Shown piece after piece: positions 57,394 to 64,000 of a DNA stretch of 64,000 nt. The translations under genes and the position numbers were made by a program. The DNA lies in NCBI RefSeq assembly GCF_963666665.1, contig NZ_OY762999.1:3867954-3931953 (forward strand), in the 5' to 3' direction. This DNA is from Maridesulfovibrio sp. (GTDB taxonomy: Bacteria > Desulfobacterota > Desulfovibrionia > Desulfovibrionales > Desulfovibrionaceae). Each line of letters begins with the position of its first letter. Position 1 is the stretch's first letter. The notes under the pieces were generated by a model. It was not told the origin of the DNA. It searched no databases and saw only the letters and a list, made by a program, of their open reading frames with translations.

Positions 57394-60141
57394 ATGAACA
57401 AAAAATCTATCCATATTGAAGGTGCGCGTCAGCACAACCTTAAGAATTTGAACCTTGATATTCCGCGTGATCAGCTGGTGGTGGTCTGCGGTCCGTCGGG
57501 GTCCGGTAAATCAACCCTCTCTTTCGACATTGTCTATGCCGAAGGCCAGCGGCGTTACGTGGAATCTCTTTCCGCTTATGCCCGCCAGTTCCTGCCGCAG
57601 CTGGATAAACCGCAGGTTGATAAGATTGAGGGTCTTTCCCCGGCGATCTCGCTGGAACAGCAATCCACTTCGCGCAACCCGCGTTCAACCGTAGGTACTG
57701 TGACCGAAATTTACGACTTCTTGCGTGTTTTCTTTGCAAGGCTGGGTAAATTTCATTGTCCTGAGTGCGGTATTCCCATTGAAGCTCAGACTTCGGACGA
57801 GATTCTGGAGCGGATCATGGCTTTTGGTGAAGGCACAAAATTTATGCTGATGGCTCCATTGGTTGATCATCAGAAGGGTACCCACAAGGATCTGTTCAAG
57901 AAGCTGAAAAAAGAGGGCTTCGTCCGTGTGCGCGTGGACGGTACGGTCTATACCATCGATGATGTGCCTGACCTTGAGAAGAACAAGAAGCACAATGTTG
58001 ATCTGGTTGTGGACCGCCTTGTAATTAAGGGCGATATGAAAAAGCGCCTCGGCGATTCCCTCGAGCTGGCCCTGCGCTATGGGGATGAATCCATCGTGGT
58101 CTCCATTATTGGCGGCGAGGATGTGTATCTTTCAACCATGTCCACCTGTCCGTCATGCAAGATCAGCATGCCCAAGCTTTCCCCTCAGTTATTTTCATTT
58201 AACAGCCCGCAGGGGGCCTGTACGCTTTGTTCGGGTATCGGCAGTGTTGAATATTACGAGCCGGAACTTCTGGCACCCAACAAGGGGCTTTCATTAAAGA
58301 CCGGAGCGGTCATTCCGTGGAAATCCCCGAAGATGTTCGAGCGCTATGAAAAGGATTTCCGGGCGCTGGGCAAGAAGCATGGCTTCAAGGTAGATACTCC
58401 GCTCGCAGAATTTTCAGCTGACGCATATAAGGCCCTGTTCTACGGTGACAAGGAATTGGGCTGGGAAGGCGTGGTTGACCTGCTTGAAGTGGGGCATAAT
58501 CTCGGGCGTATCTGGCGCGATGAGCTTTCCCGTTTCAGACAGTCGCAGCCCTGCCCGGCCTGTGAAGGTGCGAGGCTTCGTCCTGAATCATTAGCCGTAA
58601 AAGTGAACTCCATTTCAATTTTTGAATTCTGCTCCATGTCCATCAAACGTGCATTGGACTGGTTGGAAGGGCTGGAGTTTACCGGCCATGAACTGCTCAT
58701 CGCTGAGCCGCTCCTGAAGGAACTGACCCATCGCTTGGGATTCATGGTTAATGTCGGGCTTGATTATCTTAACCTTGGTCGGAATATGGCGACCCTTTCC
58801 GGTGGGGAGGCTCAGCGCATCAGGCTGGCTGGTCAGCTCGGTTCCGGGCTGGTGGGCGTTACCTACGTGCTTGATGAACCTTCCATCGGTCTGCATCCGC
58901 GTGATAACGAGCGTTTGATCAAGACTCTGCGTTCCTTGCAGTCCCGCGGCAATACCGTGCTGGTGGTGGAGCATGATGAATCCACCATTCGCAATGCCGA
59001 CCATGTTATTGAAATCGGTCCCGGATCGGGTATGCTCGGCGGGGAGATTGTTTTTCAGGGCAGTGTGAAACAGCTGCTTGGCAAGGCTCAGACTTTGACC
59101 GCCAAGTATCTACGTGGTGAACTTGCCTTGGATAAGCCTGAAGAGCGGCGTATTCCCAAGGATTGGATTAAGCTCAAGGGTGTTAAGACCAACAACCTCA
59201 AGAACCTTGATGTTGATATCCCGCTGGGGGTGCTCTGCTGCTTTACCGGGGTTTCCGGTTCGGGCAAAAGTTCTCTTGTTGTGGATTCCATGTATAAGCA
59301 TCTTGCCCTTTCGCGCGGTGTGAAGGTTGATCAGCCCGGACGTATTGCAGGAATTGAAGGGATTGAAAAAGTGGAGAAAGTTATTTCCATTGACCAGTCA
59401 CCCATTGGCAGGACCCCGCGTTCCAACCCGGCCACCTACACCAAGATTTTTGATGAAATACGCAAGATTTTTTGCGCTACCAAGGAAGCCAAGAAACGCG
59501 GATACAAGCCGGGAAGATTCAGCTTTAACGTGCGCGGCGGACGTTGCGAAGCATGTCGCGGTGACGGTCAGATCAGGGTGGAAATGCACTTTCTGCCCGA
59601 TGTCTACGTGACCTGTGATGTCTGCAAGGGCAAGCGCTACAACAGCCAGACTCTGGAAGTGGATTACAAGGGCAAGAACATCGCCGAAGTTCTTGATCTG
59701 ACCGTGCGTCAATCCAAGGCCTTCTTTGAAAATCATCCTACCCTCAAGCGCAGGCTGGAAGTCTTGGAGCAGGTCGGCCTTGAATATCTGCAGCTGGGAC
59801 AGCCCGCCACCACCCTTTCAGGCGGTGAAGCACAGCGGATCAAGATTTCCCGCGAGCTTGGTAAACGCAGCCTGCCCGGAACATTGTACATCCTTGATGA
59901 ACCTACTACCGGCCTGCATATGCACGAAGTGGGCAAACTGATCAAGGTCCTGCAGCAGTTGGTAGATAGAGGGGCCACGGTTATAGTCATCGAGCATAAT
60001 ACCGATGTGATCCGTGCTTCTGATTATGTATTTGATTTAGGTCCCGGAGGCGGGGAGTCCGGTGGGCAGATTGTAGCTCAGGGGACTCCTGAAGAGATTA
60101 TTGCCAACCCGAATTCAGTGACCGGAGAGTTCCTGATTTAA
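57394..60141 (+). CDS. uvrA: excinuclease ABC subunit A
   Basis: Starts MNKKSIHIEGARQHNLKN, with two ABC Walker A motifs (GPSGSGKST, GVSGSGKSS) and zinc-finger Cys clusters. The track ORF extends 36 codons upstream without support. Confidence 0.96.
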   Translation: MNKKSIHIEGARQHNLKNLNLDIPRDQLVVVCGPSGSGKSTLSFDIVYAEGQRRYVESLSAYARQFLPQLDKPQVDKIEGLSPAISLEQQSTSRNPRSTVGTVTEIYDFLRVFFARLGKFHCPECGIPIEAQTSDEILERIMAFGEGTKFMLMAPLVDHQKGTHKDLFKKLKKEGFVRVRVDGTVYTIDDVPDLEKNKKHNVDLVVDRLVIKGDMKKRLGDSLELALRYGDESIVVSIIGGEDVYLSTMSTCPSCKISMPKLSPQLFSFNSPQGACTLCSGIGSVEYYEPELLAPNKGLSLKTGAVIPWKSPKMFERYEKDFRALGKKHGFKVDTPLAEFSADAYKALFYGDKELGWEGVVDLLEVGHNLGRIWRDELSRFRQSQPCPACEGARLRPESLAVKVNSISIFEFCSMSIKRALDWLEGLEFTGHELLIAEPLLKELTHRLGFMVNVGLDYLNLGRNMATLSGGEAQRIRLAGQLGSGLVGVTYVLDEPSIGLHPRDNERLIKTLRSLQSRGNTVLVVEHDESTIRNADHVIEIGPGSGMLGGEIVFQGSVKQLLGKAQTLTAKYLRGELALDKPEERRIPKDWIKLKGVKTNNLKNLDVDIPLGVLCCFTGVSGSGKSSLVVDSMYKHLALSRGVKVDQPGRIAGIEGIEKVEKVISIDQSPIGRTPRSNPATYTKIFDEIRKIFCATKEAKKRGYKPGRFSFNVRGGRCEACRGDGQIRVEMHFLPDVYVTCDVCKGKRYNSQTLEVDYKGKNIAEVLDLTVRQSKAFFENHPTLKRRLEVLEQVGLEYLQLGQPATTLSGGEAQRIKISRELGKRSLPGTLYILDEPTTGLHMHEVGKLIKVLQQLVDRGATVIVIEHNTDVIRASDYVFDLGPGGGESGGQIVAQGTPEEIIANPNSVTGEFLI

Positions 60142-60146
60142 ATATG

Positions 60147-60182
60147 AAAGGCCGGAAGGATACTCCTTCCGGCCTTGTTTTT
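60147..60182. terminator. hairpin terminator between convergent uvrA and the Hpt gene
   Basis: GGCCGGAAGGA / TCCTTCCGGCC stem followed by TTGTTTTT. Confidence 0.8.
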
Positions 60183-60513
60183 ACTCATCTATTTCGATGT
60201 ATTCAATGTCCAGATTGGTTAGAAAATGTCTGATTTTTGCCGTGTAGTCCGGAACATCAGACATATCCTCCCCCATGGCTTTGTCTTCAATGAGTGTTCC
60301 CAGCCGGGTCAGTTCATCAAGCCCGTATGAGGACCCCGTGCCTTTGAGGCGGTGTCCAAGAAGCCTTATGATTTCGAAATTTTTTTGCTCAACAGCTTCT
60401 TCAAGTTCAACAAGTTCTTTTTGCCTGATTTCCAGATACCGGTCCATGATGGCTTCAAGGTCTTCATCTACCTGTACGAGAATGCGTTCACTCATAATAT
60501 ATCTCCCGGACAA
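60181..60513 (-). CDS. Hpt (histidine phosphotransfer) domain protein
   Basis: 110 aa with the HRLKGTGSSYGL phosphohistidine motif. Confidence 0.7.
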   Translation of the reverse strand: MSGRYIMSERILVQVDEDLEAIMDRYLEIRQKELVELEEAVEQKNFEIIRLLGHRLKGTGSSYGLDELTRLGTLIEDKAMGEDMSDVPDYTAKIRHFLTNLDIEYIEIDE

Positions 60514-60556
60514 TATAATTCAGTCACAAAATGGAATTGTTAGATTTTGACCAATG

Positions 60557-61354
60557 TTACTTCTTCTCAGAATCTTTTTCCACTTCTTTTAATTCTTTTT
60601 GTCTGTCCTGTTCAAATCTGGATTCGAGAAAGCTTTTGGTTTCCGGGAGCTGGAGCTGAAATTCGCTGTATGTTCCGACCTTGGCAGCCAGATTGCTGAA
60701 AATGCAATTCAAGACGTGTCCCCCGGAGGTACGTTCTTTGGTAATAAAGTGCCAGTGGAAGCCGGGAACACCGATTCCTTTGATATAAGACGGGCTCTTA
60801 ATGCCGATCAAGGTCCCGGTGATGTCCTTGAATCCGAAAATACTCTGATTCTTAACCACTTCTTTCAGCGGAGGATATGGTTTATCCTGAGCAGGAACGC
60901 TGCGGGTGCGTATTTTGCTGAATTTACCGTCAATACGGATGATGTAGAAAAGATTTTCAGAGTCGAGAGAGTTTGAAATCTTGCTGTTCAAGTCTTCAAG
61001 GGATTTAACTGAATCAAGCTTGATTATTTTTCCTGTCTTGAAAAAGGCAGCAGCAGCAAAGGGAGTGCGTTCGCTATCATTCATTTTAACGGCAGTGCCG
61101 TGAGCATTAACCTTGTAAACTTCGCCATCGAGGAAAACCATTTCCCCGTCCAGCCGGTTAAATGTACCCAGTCCGGTATCCCCGTGTTTTTTGAGACCGC
61201 CGATAGTTAATTCCCCGTCATAATTGCCTGCAAGCAGGGAATCAATGATCGAATATTGGTAAATGGGCTCGCCGGCACGGGATATTCCGGTTAGGCTGAA
61301 AAGAAAGATAGTGAACAGTAAAAGAACTGAATATAGCTTGCTAGTGAATTTCAT
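60557..61354 (-). CDS. alpha-acetolactate decarboxylase-family protein with an N-terminal signal peptide
   Basis: AlsD-like core (IYQYSIIDSLLAGNYDGELTIGGLKKHGDTGLGTFNRLDGEMVFLDG) and zinc-binding His pattern (GFHWHF...GGHVL). The N-terminus MKFTSKLYSVLLLFTIFLFSLTGISRA looks like a Sec signal. Confidence 0.8.
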   Translation of the reverse strand: MKFTSKLYSVLLLFTIFLFSLTGISRAGEPIYQYSIIDSLLAGNYDGELTIGGLKKHGDTGLGTFNRLDGEMVFLDGEVYKVNAHGTAVKMNDSERTPFAAAAFFKTGKIIKLDSVKSLEDLNSKISNSLDSENLFYIIRIDGKFSKIRTRSVPAQDKPYPPLKEVVKNQSIFGFKDITGTLIGIKSPSYIKGIGVPGFHWHFITKERTSGGHVLNCIFSNLAAKVGTYSEFQLQLPETKSFLESRFEQDRQKELKEVEKDSEKK

Positions 61355-61355
61355 T

Positions 61356-61907
61356 TTATTCTTGCAGACGGTGGCCGGTTAGATGGCTAGAACATATTTT
61401 TTTCAAGCCGCTTGATCCAGACGTCTCCGGAGTAAGTACAGAAAGAAGTTTTCTGCCCACGTTTCCGCCTACATCCATGCTTACAGGCTTGAGTCCTTTT
61501 GCTTCCAAATTTTGAAGTGCGGCATCAACATTTCTATTGCCGATACCCAGCGCGCATGAGGGCCTTACCTGAGAATAAGTCAATCCGGTTGCACCACCGA
61601 ACAGTTTTACTTCAAGTTCGTTTTTCCTGACCCCCAAACGTCTCATGCTCTTTAGCAAATGGTCTACTGCTGTGTCCACATATCTGCAAATCTGAATTGA
61701 CGGCTCGTTTATATCCTTGATTTCAGCGCGTGAAGGCAGGAATGCGTGGCAGATGATACCTTGTCTTTTCCGGGAAGAATACATGGAGATTGCCACACAG
61801 GACCCGAGTACGGTGGAGACAATAGTCGGTTTAACTCCGAGGTATGCGTCTCCGGTATGCAGGAATACCCTGCGGATATCAGATTGATTTTGTGGCATTG
61901 TGTTCAT
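61356..61907 (-). CDS. cheD: chemoreceptor glutamine deamidase CheD
   Basis: Conserved LGSCVAI catalytic Cys and ICHAFLP His regions; 183 aa. Confidence 0.85.
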   Translation of the reverse strand: MNTMPQNQSDIRRVFLHTGDAYLGVKPTIVSTVLGSCVAISMYSSRKRQGIICHAFLPSRAEIKDINEPSIQICRYVDTAVDHLLKSMRRLGVRKNELEVKLFGGATGLTYSQVRPSCALGIGNRNVDAALQNLEAKGLKPVSMDVGGNVGRKLLSVLTPETSGSSGLKKICSSHLTGHRLQE

Positions 61908-62039
61908 GTTGTCCGCGATTTGGAAATTTTTAGCAGGTCTTATGATAATATATCACTATCGCATTGCTGCCCAGTATTTTATGCTCTTTCGCGTTGTTCA
62001 GCTTAAATAATAGAGTGTGAAGTCTCTGTTATAAATAGC

Positions 62040-62816
62040 TTAATTGGTGCGGATCATCCGGAGTACTTCCTCAAATTCATCGAGGGGAGCAGCTCCAGTT
62101 ACAGTAACCCCGTTAACAAGAAAGACCGGGGAGGCTGTCAGGCCGAGCTTGCGTGCCTCCTTGCGGTCTCCGTCAATGCGCGCATTTACCTGCGGGGAAT
62201 TCAAGTTCTGGTGCAATTGATTCATGTCTGCACCGCATTCTTCTGCCAGCTCATCAAGCTTTTTTATCCCGTTTTTCTTAATTGCCAATCTGTTCTTTAA
62301 GATCAGTCGGTTAAGCTTTTTTGCTTTAGCCTGATCCTGCAGGGCAAGGGCTTCGTAATAACTGGCTGCCGGAAGTGACATTTTATGTAATCCCAGAGGA
62401 TTATGGCGGAATCGGTAGTTGATATCAGGGTTTTGCTGCAGAAGTTTATGAATAATTAGATCAGCCTTGGCGCTGGTTGCGCTTTGGAAGTCTGAAAAGA
62501 CAATGATGCTGATTTTCGCATTGGGAGATCCCCATATCGGACGGTCCGGGTGGAGAGCTGCTATTTTTGGATTTCTAAGTTGCTTGAGCCTGCCTTCTCT
62601 GATCCGTGATTTGTTCTTTTTTTCCAGTCCGACCTGTAAAAGGTCATAGAGTTCTTCTTCGTGTCCCTGAAGGGCTTCGAAGATGACTTCGGGGTTGTCC
62701 TTAAGGATTTGGCGGACCTCTTCTTTGCTAACGGTCCGGGAAGTTTCTGCCCCGCATATTTGTGCATGAAAAATTATTGCCGAAGTCAGCAGAATAGTCA
62801 GGGCAGGGCGTAGCAT
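62040..62816 (-). CDS. DsbA-family thioredoxin-fold protein lacking the CxxC active site
   Basis: DsbA-like pattern with a signal peptide from MLRPALTILL (M32 of the track ORF, which also avoids overlap with the upstream gene). The FSDFQ-CPxC position reads FSDFQSATSAK, while the cis-Pro loop (ASPVF) is retained. Confidence 0.7.
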   Translation of the reverse strand: MLRPALTILLTSAIIFHAQICGAETSRTVSKEEVRQILKDNPEVIFEALQGHEEELYDLLQVGLEKKNKSRIREGRLKQLRNPKIAALHPDRPIWGSPNAKISIIVFSDFQSATSAKADLIIHKLLQQNPDINYRFRHNPLGLHKMSLPAASYYEALALQDQAKAKKLNRLILKNRLAIKKNGIKKLDELAEECGADMNQLHQNLNSPQVNARIDGDRKEARKLGLTASPVFLVNGVTVTGAAPLDEFEEVLRMIRTN

Positions 62817-62826
62817 GCCGGGCTCC

Positions 62827-63162
62827 TCAGGATATTTTTTCCGCAGCAACAAGGGCGGAACTGTATAGATTGAACATAGTTCCGAATCCGGAAATCTCAA
62901 AAACTTCACTTATCATCCCGGTGATATTAGCGAAGGCTATGTCTCCATCAATTGTCTTCAGCTTTTTGGCGCAAAAAAGTATGGCCCGAAGTCCTGCACT
63001 GGAAATATATTCCAGCTCACCGAGATCCAGAACAATTTTAGTTTCGCCGGCGTTGATGAGTTCGCACATCCTGCTTTCCAGCTTGCTGGAGGTAAGGGCA
63101 TCAAGGCGGCCATTTATGCCCATGATCAATACTTCGCCGACTTTTTTGCTGCTGATTTCCAT
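62827..63162 (-). CDS. STAS-domain anti-sigma-factor antagonist (SpoIIAA-like)
   Basis: 111 aa with GRLDALTSSKLE and the YISSAGLRAIL phosphorylatable-Ser region. Confidence 0.85.
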   Translation of the reverse strand: MEISSKKVGEVLIMGINGRLDALTSSKLESRMCELINAGETKIVLDLGELEYISSAGLRAILFCAKKLKTIDGDIAFANITGMISEVFEISGFGTMFNLYSSALVAAEKIS

Positions 63163-63266
63163 TGTGATTCCTTAAAGAGATATGGCTGTGTGATTCGTTC
63201 TTAGATGTGTATTTATTAAAAGATTAACTTCATCCATTTGTGGTGGTTTGTAAAGAGGAAGACGTT

Positions 63267-63998
63267 TTATAGGCTTTGATCTTCCTGAAAATTAATCCAT
63301 GCCGGGACCAGTCTTCCAGCTTCGGAAAGTTCTCTTTCCAATTTGTCTACATTCGGTTCGACCATTTTTACCAGCCTCCAGTATTTAGCGGAATGGTTCA
63401 GGTGTACTGTGTGGCAGAGTTCATGAATGAGTACATAGCGGGCTAGGCGGTAGGGCAGGAACATGAGTTTCATGTTCAGGTTGATGTTGCCTTTGGCGGA
63501 GCAGCTGCCCCAGCGTTTGCGCTGCGCGCGGATGAAGACCTTGCTGAAGGGCAGGTTAAGTTCTTCTGAAATTTTTTTCAGTTCCGGCACAAGGAAGTCG
63601 CGGGCTTCGCTGCGCACAAAACGGGTCAGTACTTCAAGTTCTTCTTCAGGTGACCAGCCTTTGCCGCTCAAGAGCAGCTTATCCACATTACGTCGCATGC
63701 GCAGGCCGGATTTACGGTTTTCCACTCTCCTTACCGAGAAGACTTTCCCGCTGGCGGCAAAGCAGATTTCATCAGGCAGAACCAGTTCCGGCGGGGTCAG
63801 GGACAATCCTTTTCCTTCCAGTTTACGGATATTATGTTCTATCCAATCCCGGCGTTTTTCCAGAAAATAGGGGACATCCCTGCGGTTGGCTCCCTTTGGC
63901 AGCACTACTTCTATTCCTTTGTCCGGAATTAATTTGATTATTACGTTTTTTGCCCTTGGGCTGACCCGCACTGAGTACGGGGGAGGAAAGTCTGCCAT
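63267..63998 (-). CDS. YgjP-like / DUF45 zinc metallohydrolase (M48-related, HExxH)
   Basis: 243 aa with WGSCS and the HELCHTVHLNHS motif typical of the DUF45 family. Confidence 0.8.
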   Translation of the reverse strand: MADFPPPYSVRVSPRAKNVIIKLIPDKGIEVVLPKGANRRDVPYFLEKRRDWIEHNIRKLEGKGLSLTPPELVLPDEICFAASGKVFSVRRVENRKSGLRMRRNVDKLLLSGKGWSPEEELEVLTRFVRSEARDFLVPELKKISEELNLPFSKVFIRAQRKRWGSCSAKGNINLNMKLMFLPYRLARYVLIHELCHTVHLNHSAKYWRLVKMVEPNVDKLERELSEAGRLVPAWINFQEDQSL

Positions 63999-64000
63999 AT

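Overview
This 64 kb window looks like chromosome from a Desulfovibrio-type sulfate reducer. That call is an inference from gene content and synteny: many sigma-54 activators and MCPs, and an atp operon that lacks the a and c subunits. I ran no search.

Most of the window is conserved housekeeping DNA:
- a polysaccharide locus (heparinase II/III-like protein, AlgD-like dehydrogenase, GT4)
- a PAS-GGDEF cyclase and a TIGR01212-type radical SAM protein
- the cell-elongation operon mreBCD-mrdA-rodA, ending in a bactofilin gene
- atp b'/b/delta/alpha/gamma/beta/epsilon, then glmU
- a zapB-like small ORF, zapA and a probable 6S RNA, then rny-ymdB and tyrS
- two MCPs without periplasmic sensor domains
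- a GAF/sigma-54 activator followed by a hydantoinase-like and an HDAC-like gene
- an orphan ZnuA-like binding protein
- a sigma-54-driven amtB-glnK-glnD operon
- purDE, htpG, coaX, eno, folD and uvrA
- several orphan signalling genes (two Hpt proteins, a CheY-like regulator, CheD, a STAS protein)

The stretch from about 49.3 to 57.3 kb looks accessory. It holds an orphan binding-protein-like gene, an AAA+ ATPase gene bracketed by two copies of a 59-nt structured repeat, and an HD-GYP gene that begins directly with a HAMP segment.

The strongest novelty candidate is also in this stretch: a markedly AT-rich operon on the minus strand at 53426..56955. Its four genes are translationally coupled and encode a small polytopic membrane protein, a Ras-like P-loop GTPase, a 379-aa orphan protein and a TM/coiled-coil/TM protein. 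I cannot assign it to any named system from the sequence alone.

I saw no CRISPR array, rRNA, tRNA, transposase or integrase.
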